Source: Octopus vulgaris
Lineage: Eukaryota
Length of the DNA stretch: 64,000 bases
NCBI GenBank assembly: GCA_951406725.2
Contig: OX597829.1
Location: 50,840,001 to 50,904,000, forward strand
Reading direction: 5' to 3'
Part shown: positions 27,391 through 41,664 of the stretch, piece after piece
Numbering within the stretch: the stretch's first letter is position 1
Layout of the letters: every line of letters begins with the position of its first letter
The notes under the pieces: generated by a model
Seen by the model: the letters and a program-made list of their open reading frames with translations, nothing else
What the model was told of the DNA's origin: nothing
The model's database searches: none
Made by a program: the position numbers and the translations under genes

Positions 27391-27964
27391 ATAGTACGAA
27401 ATTTTCATGAATTACCAAAATACTTCCACACACTTCTTTAACATGGCTACCCATACAGTTCTCCTGCATCTGTTGAATATCACTTACTGGCTCCTTTCCC
27501 ATTATTTTTGTCATCAGTGCTTTTCATTTTGTTCCCTTCTTGTTTGTTTTCTTTCTCTCCTCTTCCTTACATTTCTCATTTACCACTAATTTCCAGCTTA
27601 TCAGTTTAATATGTGTCTGTGTACGCAAATACATACATACATAAATGTATATAGATACATACATACATATATGTATATATATATATGTGTGTGTGTGTAT
27701 GTATATATATATGTAAATATATATGTATGTATAAATATATATGTATGTATAAATATATATACATAAATATATATGTATGTATATGTATGTATATACATAA
27801 ATATATATGTATGTATAAATATATATACGTATATATATATGTATTAGTATATATATATGAATATATGTGTATATATATGTGTGTGTGTGTGTATATATGT
27901 ATATGTATGTATATATATATATTTACATATATATGTATTTATACATAGAGAGATGCATACATAC

Positions 27965-28004
<40 letters not shown>

Positions 28005-28044
28005 TAAATGAGGGTGAAAAATTAGATATTAATTTAATAATACC

Positions 28045-28277
28045 TATTTCTTTATTACCCACAAGGGGCTAAACATAGAGGGGACAAACAAGGACAGACA
28101 TAGGTATTAAGTCGATTACATCGACCCCAGTGCGTAACTGGTACTTAATTTATCGACCGCGAAAGGATGAAAAGCAAAGTCGACCTTGGTGGAATTTGAA
28201 CTCAGAATGTAGCGGCAGACAAAATACCGTTAATCATTTCGCCCGGCGCGCTAACGTTTCTGCCAGCTCGCCGCCTT
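28045..28277 (-). mobile_element. SINE family B with 16-bp TSD
   Basis: TTAATTTAATAATACC at 28029-28044 and 28281-28296. Interrupts a fragment related to the 24550 unit. Confidence 0.88.
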
Positions 28278-28389
28278 ATTTTAATTTAATAATACCATCA
28301 GTTTAACACCAAGTGGCCTAGCACATAAAAAATCAGGGAGACAATACAAATTTATACGTAAATATAAGAGAGTTATATACATATATATA

Positions 28390-28801
28390 CTCTTTTACTC
28401 TTTACTCTTTTACTCTTTTACTTGTTTCAGTCATTTGACTGCGGCCATGCTGGAGCACCGCCTTAAGTTGAGAAAATTGACCCCGGGACTTATTCTTTTG
28501 TAAGCCCAGTACTTATTCTATCGGTCTCTTTTGCTGAACCGCTAAGTGACGGGGACATAAACACACCCTCATCGGTTGTCAAGCAATGCTAGCGGGACAA
28601 ACACAGACACACAAACACACACGCACACACATATATACATACATATATACGACGGGCTTCTTTCAGTTTCCGTCTACCAAATCCACTCACAAGGCTTTTG
28701 TCAACCCGAGGCTATAGTTGAAGACACTTTCCCAAGGTGCCATGCAGTGGGACTGAACCCGGAACCATGTGGTTGGTAAACAAGCTACTTACCACACAGC
28801 C

Positions 28802-28802
<1 letters not shown>
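28390..28802 (-). mobile_element. SINE family A
   Basis: Reverse complement of 798-1212. Confidence 0.85.
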
Positions 28803-28860
<58 letters not shown>

Positions 28861-28894
28861 TATATTTACATATAGATATACATACATATAAAGA

Positions 28895-29225
28895 CCCCCT
28901 TCGGTCATGAATGACCATGGGATTGCACCTAGAAAGTTACCCTCCTAGACACAAGTCCGGGCGAGGTTGTTTATGGAAGACCAACAGTCGCCCATGCATA
29001 CCGGCCTCCCCCTCTCCACGCCACCAGTGTTATCCAAGGGAAAGACAAAGGTCAATACAGCTTGGCACCAGTGACGTCGCAACTCATTTCTACAGCTGAG
29101 TGAACTGGAGCAACGTGAAATAAAGTGCCTTGCTCAAGAACACAACACACAGCCATGTCCGGGATTCGAGCTCACAACCTCACGATCGTAAGCTCGACAC
29201 TCTAACCACTGAGCCATGCGCCTTC
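28895..29225 (-). mobile_element. tRNA-derived CORE-type SINE (family E)
   Basis: Head GGCGCATGGCTCAGTGGTTAGAG...GCTCGAATCCCGG. CORE-like GTGTTCTTGAGCAAGGCACTT. Confidence 0.8.
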
Positions 29226-29318
29226 ACATACATATACATACATATATACATACATACATATATATACATACACATATATATACATATACATACATATACA
29301 TATACATACATATATACA

Positions 29319-29404
<86 letters not shown>

Positions 29405-29409
29405 TGTAT

Positions 29410-29632
29410 ACTCTTTACTCTTTTACTTGTTTCAGTCATTTGAATGCGGCCATGCTGGAGCACCGCCTTTAATCGAGCAACTGGACCCCGGGACTTATTC
29501 TTTTGTAAGCCCAGTAGTTATTGTATCGGCCTCTTTTGCCGAACTGCTAAGTGACGGGGACGTAAACACACCAGCATCGGTTGTCAAGCAATGCTAGGGG
29601 GACAAACACAGACACACAAACACACACACACA

Positions 29633-29672
<40 letters not shown>

Positions 29673-29838
29673 TACGACAGGCTTCTTTCAGTTTCTGTCT
29701 ACCAAATCCATTCACAAGGCATTGGTCGGCCCGGGGTTATAGCAGAAGACACTCGCCCAAGATGCCACGCAGTGGGACTGAACCTGGAACCATGTGGTTG
29801 GTTAGCAAGCTACTTACCACACAGCCACTCCTGCGCCT
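29410..29838 (-). mobile_element. SINE family A
   Basis: Reverse complement of 798-1212. Confidence 0.85.
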
Positions 29839-30566
29839 ATATATACATATAGTAACCCCCCCAAAAGAAGAACAAATGCAAAAAAACACAACAACACGAG
29901 TACATGGTACATGTAAAGTATTAGCAGACTCTCAGGGTAGGAAAGAAAGATGGTTTAACATCTTGGGAAAATGCTCTTCTTCAGAAACAGAGGAAAGTCC
30001 AAAAGAAAAGGAAAACAAGAGAAAAAGAATCACCAACAATTCACATGTGGTTACATTTTGAAATGACCTGAAGGAAATGAGGGAAAAAAAAGTTATTTAT
30101 AAGAGGGGAGAGTGTAAGAGAAGGAGGTATGTGTGAGTGTGTGTGGATATGTGCGTGCACGCAAGTCTGTATGTGTGTGTGAGTGTGAATGTGTGTAACA
30201 GCATGTGTGTTGTGTGTGTGTGGTGTTGACTGTTTATATGTGTGAGTGAACTTTAATTCTGTTAATGTTGTAGGAAGAATTCAGCAGCATGGTAACAGTA
30301 GTGGTGGTCCTTTGTGGAGTTGTATGTCTCTTCACATGTGCATAGAGGAACGGTCAGAAGAAAGGTTTTTGACTGGCAGTTTGAAGTATGTGAGTGCATG
30401 TGTATGTATGTGTGTGTGTGTGTGTGCATTCCTTTGTGTTTGTGTGCAAGCATGTGTGCAAGCATGTATGTGCCCATGTATGTGTAATTATGTACATGCA
30501 TGTATCAATGTCTGTTGTCTGTGGGAGGTATGTGTGTATCCATGTGAGTGTATTAGCTTGTGTACA

Positions 30567-30601
<35 letters not shown>

Positions 30602-30768
30602 TATATAATTAGGGTTCAGCAACGATTTGCTTCACCACACACTGGAGTTTAGAAATAGCAGTCAAAAATCTTAGCTATTCCTTCTACTTTAAAGAGAGTT
30701 CCCAGAAAAACCAAAATTATATACATATAATTTTTCGTTGCCTATATGTATATATATATATATGGAGT

Positions 30769-30867
30769 CTGGACAGATTTCAAGGGATACCGGATAAGCT
30801 ACCCATAACTGGGTACAACTCACTCAACAAGAACTCACTACTTGAATGGACCATAAACAAAACTTGA
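30769..30867 (+). pseudogene. LINE (CR1/L2-group-like) ORF C-terminal remnant
   Basis: LDRFQGIPDKLPITGYNSLNKNSLLEWTINKT* resembles the LD.FL..IPD.P...GY....NSL terminus. Confidence 0.5.
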
Positions 30868-30949
30868 CTTAAACAGGATTTAGATAATCCTATCAGGTGG
30901 TGCTCTCAATGTTCAGCGTGGTCGATGCCAACCTACCCCCACCGCAACT

Positions 30950-31210
30950 GGATCCTGTGCCGGAACCACGTAAAAAGCACCATCTGAACGTGGCTGATGC
31001 CAGTGCCTCCTGACTGGCTCCTGTGCCGGTGACACATAAAAAAACACCCACTTTACTCTCAGAGTGGTCGGCATTAGGAAAGGCATCCAGCTGTAGAAAC
31101 ATTGCCAGATCAAATTGGAGTCTGGTACAACCTCCTGGCTTGCCAGTCCGCAGTCAAACTGTCCAGCCCATACCAGCATGGAAAGCAAATGTTCAACGAT
31201 GATGATGACG
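30950..31210 (+). mobile_element. RTE 3' UTR fragment (family C)
   Basis: Family C motifs and (GAT)n tail. Confidence 0.75.
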
Positions 31211-31295
31211 ATATATATGTACATATATATATGTACATATATATATATATATGTCTGTAAATATATATGTATATATAAATGTGTGCGTGTGTGTG

Positions 31296-31347
<52 letters not shown>

Positions 31348-32174
31348 TTTATATATACATATGTATTTATATATATATGCATTATATATATAAGCATTTA
31401 TATATATGCATATTTATATATGTATATATATATGTATGTATATATGTGTGTATATATATATATATGTATTTATATATGTATGTATATGTATATATAATAT
31501 TTAAGTGTGTGTGCACATGATTATACACACACACACACACACATATATAGCTGTAAATGAGTGTCACTGTCATTCAGGCAGTGTAATTCATTTTGCAATG
31601 TTCTAAACATCCTGGTCATGAGACATAGTACCTTGTCTGGCAGCAATAGTAATGTGCTTATGGATGAATGGATGTAGAGATTAATGAATGAGTGCATGTG
31701 TGTGTGTATGTATGTATTAATGTATGTGTATGCATTTAAAGGATTCCGTGTATTTGTATGCACATATGTGTGTATGTATGTACATATACGCATGTATGCA
31801 TGCACATATGTAGACATGTATGTATATATGTATGCATGTATGTAATCATGTATGTGTTTGTGTGTGCATCTATTAATGCTTGTATGTATACATGCATGTA
31901 TGTATATATATATGTGTGTGTATGTGTGTGTATAGGTTTGTGTGTGAATGTGCATGTATATATGTGTATGTATGTATGTATGTACGTATGTGTACATGTA
32001 CATATGTGTGTGTATCTGTATGTATGCATGTATGTATATACATCTGTATGTATGTGTGAACGTGTATATATTGGTAAAATTTTCAGCTCTTATACCATTC
32101 CGCAAACAGCTTGCATCTTACCTAATCTCTCTCTCTCGTCTCACTTTCTCTCTGTATCTATCCATCTATCTCTT

Positions 32175-32215
<41 letters not shown>

Positions 32216-32892
32216 TTAATTATTTTATGAAGCCAAAATATCCGAGCCATTTACATATCTACTTAGAGTATCTGAAGACTTGCTATTAGTTCAGATGTTA
32301 TCTTCTTCTTTGATCAGTGACACAAGGTTAACATCTGCAGGACAACTGATTCCTGCTAATGTGCTGCATACTTACTTTCCTTCGTCCCAGATCACTATGT
32401 CTGGCATGTTGTGTGAAATATTTCAGAGGGGTAAATGTACGTATGTATATATGAGTATCTGTGTTCATTCATGTATGTATGTGTGAATGTTTGTGTTAGC
32501 ATATGTATGTATGAGTATGAGTTTATGTACGTATGTATGTATGTGTGTGTATGTGTGTTTGTATGTATGAGTATATGTGTTTACGTATGTATGTCTGTGT
32601 GAATGTGTGTATGTGTGTGTATTTATGGAAACATGCATGTGTGTATGTATATGTATTTGCGTATATGTGTATGCATGTAGGTGTGTATGCATGTGTGTGT
32701 ATGTATTTATGCATTATGTGTGTATATGCATATATATGTATGTGTGTATAAATGTATGTGTATGTGTGCATGTAAATATGCATGCATGTGTTTCATGTAC
32801 TGTATGTACACACTGCATGTATGCACATATGTATGCATGTCTATATGTATAAACAAAGTGTTTGAGCTAAATTTGACAATTTTTGTTATGTG

Positions 32893-33400
32893 AGAGGTAG
32901 ATTGTATGATGCATGTGTGCGAACTGTCATGCTTCATGGCAGTGAAACATGGGCTGTGACTGCTGAAGACATGTGTAGGCTCGAAAGAAATGAAGCTAGC
33001 ATGATCCGTTGGATGTGTAATGTCAGTGTGCACACATGACTGAGTGTAAGCACCCTGAGAGAAATGTTGGACATAAGCAACATTAGATGTGGAGTGCAAG
33101 AGAGATGTTTGCACTGGTATGGTCATGTATTATAGATGGATGACAGCTGTGTGAAGAAGTGTGACTCCCAAACAGTTGAAGGTATCTGGAGGAGAGGTAG
33201 ACCCAGACATGTGTGGCTGTGATCTCATTTTAGTTGCCGGGTCTTCTCAATCACAGCATATCTCCAAAGGTCTCGGTCTCCTGTCATTGCCTCTGTGAGG
33301 CCCAATGTTCAAAGGTCATGCTTCACCACCTCATTCCATGTCTTCCAGGGTCTGCCTCTTCCGCAGGTTCTTTCCACTGTTAGGAAATGCCACTTCCTTA
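32893..33400. pseudogene. RTE LINE C-terminal fragments (plus 32893-33206, minus 33215-33400)
   Basis: GRLYDACVRTVMLHGSETWAV...ERNEASMIRWMCNV...LHWYGHV. The minus part gives RGRPWKTWNEVVKHDL. Confidence 0.85.
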
Positions 33401-33634
33401 GAGAGATCTAATGGATACAAATTAATTTCTTAATTAACCAAAATATTCACCTAAAACTGTTTCATTTCACAAACAAAATTAAAATTACAAAACATATATA
33501 AATATATAATTTTGCTTTTTAAATGCCTTGTATGGAAAATCATCAGAGTGTGCAGAGGACAATACAAGGATTAGATTAGGATACTTTTGGTATATTCTGT
33601 ATATTCCAAAAGTATCCTAATGTAATCCTTATAG

Positions 33635-33809
33635 GAGGGAGTAAGTTGATCACATCAACACCAGTACTTGACTGGTACTTAATTTATCGACCCTGAGAGG
33701 ATGAAAGGCAAAGCCAACCTCAATGGAATTTGAACTCAGAACATAAAGACGAATGAAATACCACTAAGCATTTTGCCTGACGTGCTGACAATCCTGCCAA
33801 CTCACTGCC

Positions 33810-33908
<99 letters not shown>

Positions 33909-34462
33909 GCCCTGAAGCAGTACCAGGCAGTGGCTCTCATGGCTTCTGATCTTAACTGATTGGAAGTGTTATCATGTACATTGTTTTGTCTTGGTATAAA
34001 AGATGGGCTACAGCAAATATTCTGCTCAATACCACAGATTTGCTTGTCAGTTGTTTGACCTTAACCAGTTGAGCATGTCCCTTAGTGGCTGACGATATGT
34101 GCATCTCTGATCACGAGCAGAAGTAGTGGGGGAGCATCATAGCCATGTGTTGAGAGGGATTCTTTGGGATTTGAATAGTTCACCTCTGGAAACATGGGTG
34201 GTTCTTTCAACATCCTTAAGCAACCCTTATTCAGGGACTGCTTGAGCGGGATGGGTTACTCAACCTGAAGAAAATTCTAACTGGGCCCCACCTGCAAGGT
34301 CATGTGCTGTTTATCTTGATATGAGATTGCCATGTCGCGCACATATGGTTGTGATGCATGTGCCTGGTGTACCTTTATCAGACGGGTAGTCATGATGGGT
34401 ATATTGGGCTTCGTATATTTTACCCCAGTGTCACTTTGATGGCATGAACTGCTCTCTCACTC

Positions 34463-34522
<60 letters not shown>

Positions 34523-34823
34523 CCTTTCTACTGTAGGTACAAGGCCTGAAATTTAGAGGGAAGGGATTGGCCAATTAAATTGAATCCAGTGTTTCATTGA
34601 TAGTTAATTTATTGACCCCAAAAGGATGAAAGGCAAAGTCGACCTTGGCAGAATTTGAACTCAGAACTTAGTGGTAGATGAAATACCACTCAGCATTTCG
34701 CCTGGCATGTTAACGAATCTGCTAGCCCACCGCCTTAATAATAATAATAACAATAATAACAATAATGATAATAATAACAATAGTAACAATAATAATCATA
34801 ATAATAATAATAACAATAGTAAC

Positions 34824-34887
<64 letters not shown>

Positions 34888-35105
34888 GTTTCGAAATTCT
34901 TCTAGCACAAGGCCAGCAATTTCAGGGGAGTGGGTATGTTGATTACATCAACCCCAGTGTTCAACTCATACTTATACTATTGGGCCCAAAAGGGATGAAA
35001 GGTGAAGTCAACCTCAGCAGATTTTGAACTCAGAATGTAAACACATGAAAGACTGTAAAGCATTTCACCCAAAGTGCTAACAGATTCAGCAGCCAGATTG
35101 TCACC
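33635..35105 (-). mobile_element. Array of three SINE family B copies separated by (AAT)n
   Basis: Copies at about 33635-33811, 34522-34736 and 34886-35105. Confidence 0.75.
33906..34462 (+). mobile_element. (AAT)n-embedded non-coding retroelement (family D)
   Basis: Flanked by (AAT)n on both sides. A 5'-truncated second copy lies at 55091-55515. Confidence 0.75.
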
Positions 35106-35793
35106 TCAAGATAGGATTTAATACCGATGAATAATCCGGGGGAGTTTCAGTTTACCAGATGTTGGCAGTGTCATTTTGAACCATCTTAAGAATTATCTGC
35201 TGGCATCTCTCCTTTGTCATTTTCTTGGGTTGCATGACAAATGTAGGAACCGATTCCGGTCTTTTTGTTTGTTTGTTTGATTGATCGATCCATTGTTTAT
35301 TTGTTTGTTTTTCTGCTTTGTTTTTTGGGGTTTTTTGCTTTTTTTTTTTGAAGCTGAGATGGATTTGTTTGTTTATTTTTTTGGCTCTCTTTCTAAAACT
35401 TATCATCATCACTGTTCTTCCCATTCCCGTCATCACTGTCATCGTTATTACCGTCATTATCATCGTAATTATTGCATTTTTTAAACTTGACATCACTATT
35501 TTTACGTTCCATAATAATTGTTTTTGATAAAAACAATTAAGGACCTGATTACCACCATTACTGCCTCTATATATATACATATATATATATATACATATAT
35601 ATATACATATATATATATATATAAGTGACTGAATTCGTATATTTGCCACTCCAGTTTTGTGTATGTGAGCCGTAAGGGCCTTCGTTTTTGGATTCTCCAC
35701 TTATAGAAATTGGAAAAACGGTCTTTGACTGCCATTTCTAATTCCTTCGGTATGAGGTGAAACAGCCTGCTGTTAACCTTCTTATTTTTTCTT

Positions 35794-35825
<32 letters not shown>

Positions 35826-35872
35826 CATATATATACATATATATATATACATATATATACATATATATATAC

Positions 35873-35903
<31 letters not shown>

Positions 35904-36046
35904 ATTGTGCGTATATGTATATATGTAAATAGATATATATATATATATATATATATTTATATCATGCACACAGACACATACAGAAACGTTATACATATAC
36001 CCATTAATAAATATATGTTACCACATGTATAAAGATGCCCATGAAT

Positions 36047-36086
<40 letters not shown>

Positions 36087-36204
36087 ACACATCAGCACAC
36101 AGAAATATATATGCTCATTAACATAAAGTTACACATTAAGAAATGCATACGGAGACATATAGAACACAACCAAAATACACATACATATATGCAGAATCAC
36201 ATGT

Positions 36205-36331
<127 letters not shown>

Positions 36332-36474
36332 TACACACACACGCACACACATATATATATATACATATATATACACAGAATTACACATACACACACACAG
36401 ATATTTATACATAGAATTACAGGCACAGACAAACACACACACACACACACTAATGTATATACGTAGAATCACAA

Positions 36475-36525
<51 letters not shown>

Positions 36526-36761
36526 AACAAACAAACACACACACATTAAGGCATTAGAGTGCATTTAGTGAAGTAACTTGAAAAAATGGTTACTGGCATT
36601 AACACACAATGCAAATGGATGCTGAGTGGTTCCAGCATGTAATAAAACCTCCATTTTAACTGACATGGCTGCATGGTTAAGAAGCCCACTTCCCAACCTT
36701 GGCATTTTAGGTTCAGTCTCAATGCACAGCTAACCAACGCCTCATGAGAGAATTTGGTATA

Positions 36762-37023
36762 CAAGGTCGTATCAAAAAGTTCCTGGATTAGTTACGTTTA
36801 ATAGAAAATAACTTAATTATTCTTTTATCTTTTTACTTGTTTCAGTCATTTGATTGCAGCCATGCTGGAGCACCACCTTTAGTCAAACAAATGGACCCCA
36901 GAGCTTATTCTTTGTAAGCCTGGTACTTATTCTATCAGACTCTTTTGCTGAACCACTAAGTTACAGGGACATAAACATACCAGCATTGGTTGTCAAGTGA
37001 TGTTGGGAGGGGGGCAAATGCAG

Positions 37024-37062
<39 letters not shown>

Positions 37063-37912
37063 CGACGGGCTTCTTCCAGTTTCCGTCTACCAAATCTGCT
37101 CACAAGGCTTTGGTCAGCCTGAGGCTACAGTAGAAGAGATTAGCCCAAAGTTCCACAAAGTGTGACTGAACCCAGGACCATGTGGTTGGTAAGCAAGCAA
37201 CTTACCACACAGCCACCCCTGCACCTAAGTTTTAACATCATCTCTTTTGGAGTAGTTACCTTCTGCAGGAATACACCAGTCCCAGTGTTCCTGTCACTTT
37301 TGGAATCCAGCCTGGAAGTTGTTTTGCATAAGTGAGTCGAGGACCTTCTGTGATTCACTCTTGACCTTGACAATGGTGTTAAAATGGTGACCTTTGAGCT
37401 GCATTTTCATCTTGAGGTAGAGATGGAAGTCTACTGGTGCTAAATCTGGTGAATATGGTGGAGGCACGTGCAAACTATCTGTTATGTTGATTATGCATTG
37501 AGTAAGGAGAAGCTTGGTGACAGGGTTCATTGTCATCATGAAGAATCCAGTTCTTCATGATCCACAGATCCAGTTGCTTCCACTGAATATCCTCCCTCAA
37601 ATGCTTTAAAATGTCACAGTAGAACTCTCAATTGATGGTCTGGCCCTGAGGGACAAATTCTTGATGCACAATACCACATTTCCAGAGGTGACATGAATGG
37701 TAAGTCTTCCAGGGATGCTCTTCTGCATTTGAAACACCTGTGCCACTTGAAACATTGCATACAATCCATTGCCGTAAGCTTGCCAAAACATGCTCAATGT
37801 CTCTGTAGCAAACTTCCCAAGTTTAACACAAAATTTCACATTGTCCCTTTGTTCCTGTCCATGACAAAAATCACAGATAACAGCAGACATGTGATCACAA
37901 AAAACACAAAAA
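36762..37912 (-). mobile_element. Mariner remnant interrupted by SINE A (36820-37224)
   Basis: TA-CAAGGTCGTATCAAAAAGTTCC TIR. PPYSPDLAPVDFHLYLKMKMQLKGHHF and EQRDNVKFCVKLGK remnants. Confidence 0.88.
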
Positions 37913-37929
37913 CATGTATGAATACATGA

Positions 37930-38540
37930 ATGAAGCCAAATGAGACCATAACCTGTGGCCTATGCCAGGAGCATAACCAGCCCGCTTATGCATACCTTTT
38001 CCTTCTTTTGGACACTAAACTCTGTTTGCGAAAACCTGTTGAGGCAAGTAAAATCAAAATCAAATTCGATAACTGGCATCCATGCTAGCGGGGTGCAAAG
38101 AGCACCATATGAGTGTGATCGTTGACAGAGTGGCTAACCGGATTCCTGTGCTAGTGGCACATAAAAGGCACCATTCAAGTGTGACCGTTACCATCGTCAC
38201 CTTACTGGCACTTGTGCCCATGCTAGTAGGGTGCCAAAAGCAGCGTCTGAGCATGATCGTTGCCAGAGCAGCCAACTGGCTTCCATGCCACCAACACGGA
38301 AAAGGGTACCATTTGAGCATGATCGTTACTAATGTCACCTTACTGGCCCCTGTACAGGTGGTATGTAAAAGTACCCACTACACTCTCGGAGTGGTTGGCA
38401 TTAGGAAGGGCATCCAGCTGTAGAAACTCTGCCAAATCAAGACTGGTGCCTGGTGCAGCCATCTGGTTCGCCAGCCCTCAGTCAAAATCGTCCAACCCAT
38501 GCTAGCATGGAAAGTGTACGTTAAATGATGATGATGATGA
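37930..38540 (+). mobile_element. Long RTE 3' UTR fragment (family C)
   Basis: Several AAAGCACC-like modules, family C core, (GAT)n tail. Confidence 0.75.
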
Positions 38541-38719
38541 TATGTAAAAGTACAAGAAGTGAAAAAAGAAAGGTTACAGCAGGAAATTGAAATTGCATCA
38601 ACAGCTTAGCCTACAAAAAGTTTATTTCCAAAACTAACAAAACACACAAATTATAATATATACATGTTTGTGCATGTGTGTAAGATACTATACATACATT
38701 TTATAAATATATATGTATG

Positions 38720-38759
<40 letters not shown>

Positions 38760-38761
<2 letters not shown>

Positions 38762-39119
38762 AAATGAAATAAATGAAAAACAGGACACAAAGGATGTTGT
38801 GGTACATATGTTTTGGGCTTTATAGAACAACTTATTCTTACATCAATGCATAATTGACATAACAGATAGTTCAAAAGCCTTCTTCAGGTTTGAGAAAAAA
38901 CATTTGGTATTGTTTTTTAAAACATTATAAAAGGTTTTTTTCAAACCTTTTATAATGTGATACAAGTCTTTGGTGTAGCAATTGCACGTGGCTGAAGAAG
39001 GCTTTAGAACTATCTGTTATGTCAATTATGCATTGATGTAAGAATAAGTTGTTCTATAAAGCCCAAAACATATGTACCACAACATCCTTTGTGTCCTGTT
39101 TTTCATTTATTCCATTTGA
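38760..39119. repeat. Inverted repeat with long-stem-II hammerhead (38988-39080, plus strand)
   Basis: Arms 38760-38887 and 38992-39119. GTGG-CTGAAGA-AGGCTTT...AAAGCCC-AAAAC-ATAT-GTA-CCAC, with GAAA mutated to AAAA. Confidence 0.75.
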
Positions 39120-39254
39120 TACATATATCCTATCACCTCTGCTACTGGCTGGCATATACAGGTGCTTACATTTATCAAGTATTCACCCTGAATTTATTGT
39201 ACCTAACGCACCTACATTGTATATATATATATGTATATGTATATATGTGTGTTT

Positions 39255-40710
39255 TCTATATATATATAAAACTAAGGATGTGTGAGCATCTGTGTGTGTG
39301 TGTGAACCTGCAGAACTTCTGATGTTTGCAACTGATTTTCTCCAAACTGGGAACATACATTACTTATGTTCAGAGATGGTTTTAGACTCTTAAAATCTTT
39401 CACATAATAAGTAGAAAACCCTCTTTCCTGGGGTGCATACGACTGCCCACATGGCCCACGCATTGCTTCTGTTCAAACTGGAAAAAAACATCTATTGAAC
39501 TGATTGATATAAGTGGGTTGTATTAAATGGATGAACCGATGTAGACTTCAACTTGCATTGTCTAATTGGTAGCAATAATAGACCGTTCTCACAGTACCAT
39601 AGGTAGCAATTTGTTGGGATAAAAAACCGTTTGGAATGCTTTATTTTTATTATGAAAAATATGCTAAAATATGTTAAATCCTGAGTAACTATTCAACTAT
39701 TTCCTTTTAGCTTCAGTATCAAAGTCTTCCTTCTAAATATAGATGAGAAACCCATACAAACATTCTTCAGCTATTGATTACAAACAGAACTATCGCATGT
39801 ACATTAACCTACTAATTTATGGTGCCTAAGACCCAACCATGTTAGTAAGAGAGACAGTGTCCTTAATGTGACCTTGTATGCCTGGATGCTGCACACAGAA
39901 TTGGTTTTGTTTGAGAGCTGAGTTGTCCTTAAAATGGTTGCACGCTGTTTACATGAAGGAGTCCATATTCGAGCCACAACTATTGATTCCGAACCACACC
40001 AGCAACCCAGTGTCGCATGACCCAACTTATTAGCAGCAGCCATATGATGATGAGGATCATCATCATCATCATTACCATCATCATTGTCATCATCATCATC
40101 ATTATTGTCATGGTCATCCTTGATGCATGGTCATCCTTGACGCATGGTCATCCTTGACGCATGGTCATCCTTTGTTAAAGACCATGTCTTTAATGTAACC
40201 TTGCATATCTTGACCTTACATGCATTTTAGTGTTTGCGTTTAAGAGCAGAGTTGTCCTCACAATGGTCACACACTGTTTACACGAACGAGTGCACATTTG
40301 AGACACAACTATTGATTCCAGGCTAAAATATCACATGCCACTCTTGTTTTCAAGCGCTTCCTTTCATGTGTATTTCGTTCATGTGGTGCATGCCCGACAG
40401 CTTAATTTATCACATAGATGTAGTTCCTATGTCTGCTGATTGTTCATCATACTAGCAGCAGCACCAACAGCCGCAAAGGAGAGTATATCCACTAAGAGCT
40501 TTCTGGTGTGTTTAAAAATCGCATGCCCACCACCCACTTTTCTGTGACATGGTAAAAGCCTGGAATCTTCCAACATGTCACTTACTCAAATTAGCCCTTC
40601 GTTTACTCCACAAATGTCTTGTCAATGCTGCACTTCTCTGTATCACATTTCAACCTCACTGTACCATATATGCCATTTAAATCCTGAGCAACACCGGGTA
40701 TCACTGCTAG
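39255..40710 (+). mobile_element. Probable non-autonomous Helitron
   Basis: TCTATATATATATAAAA-type start. 3' end CCTGAGCAACACCGGG...CTAG|T. The last 150 bp or so are shared with 44920-45087. The 5' boundary is inferred. Confidence 0.55.
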
Positions 40711-40743
40711 TATATGCATATAATATAGAAAGAATATATATAC

Positions 40744-40792
<49 letters not shown>

Positions 40793-40793
40793 T

Positions 40794-40950
40794 ACGTTCT
40801 ACGTTCAAATTCCGCCGAGGTCAACTTTGCCTTTCATCCTTTCGGGGTCGATAAATTAAGTACCAGTTACGCACTGGGGTCGATGTAATCGACTTAATCC
40901 ATTTGTCTGTCCTTGTTTGTCCCCTCTGTGTTTAGCCCCTTGTGGGTATT
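40794..40950 (+). mobile_element. SINE family B (5' truncated)
   Basis: Meta-like core and tail. Confidence 0.8.
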
Positions 40951-40959
40951 AGTAGATAT

Positions 40960-41008
<49 letters not shown>

Positions 41009-41039
41009 TATTCAAAGAATATATATACATATATATTCT

Positions 41040-41272
41040 TTTCTTTTATCCTTTTACTTGTTTCAGTCATTTGACTGTGTCAATGCTGGAGCACCACCTT
41101 TAGTCAAACAAATCGACCCTGGGACTTATTCTTTGTAAGCCTAGTACTTATTCTATCGGTTTCTTTATCCGAACTGCTAAGTTACGGGGACATAAATACA
41201 CTAGCATTGCCTGACAACCGATGTTGGGGAACAAGCAGACATACAAACACATACACACACACACATATACAT

Positions 41273-41303
<31 letters not shown>

Positions 41304-41420
41304 TATATATACAAAGGGTTTCTTTTCAACCCAAGGCTATTGTATATGGGAATTGCCCATGGTGCAACACAGTAGGACTGAACCTGGAACCATGTAGTTG
41401 GTAAGCAGGCTACTTAACAC
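41040..41420 (-). mobile_element. SINE family A
   Basis: Reverse complement of 798-1212 with deletions. Confidence 0.75.
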
Positions 41421-41631
41421 TATATATATAGATATATATGTTTGATATACATCTATATATATAACATATATATATGTTATGTATATATACACACACATAA
41501 TTATGTTTGTATGTGTATCTATAGTATATATGAGTGTATGTATATAACGTATGCATGTATGTATATGCGTATACGTGTACATGTGTGTATGCACATGCAT
41601 GTATGTGTATATGGATGTGTGTGCATGTATG

Positions 41632-41664
<33 letters not shown>

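Noticed and set aside
29150-29225. tRNA-like sequence
   Set aside because: It is a SINE head that continues into a CORE-like body, with no proper acceptor stem.
29953-29988. CTGAAGA-AGAGC... minimal hammerhead on the minus strand
   Set aside because: The 3' side of stem II and GAAAC are too degraded. Probably a relic, so not counted.
35110-35262. Short unique island with open frames (for example IGSYICHAT on the minus strand), a possible exon
   Set aside because: Splice signals are weak, the Ig-like frame hits a stop, and I recognise no protein. It needs RNA-seq or BLAST to decide.
35745-35780. GAAACAGCCTGCTGTT stem-III-like hairpin
   Set aside because: No upstream CUGANGA with a pairing stem I.
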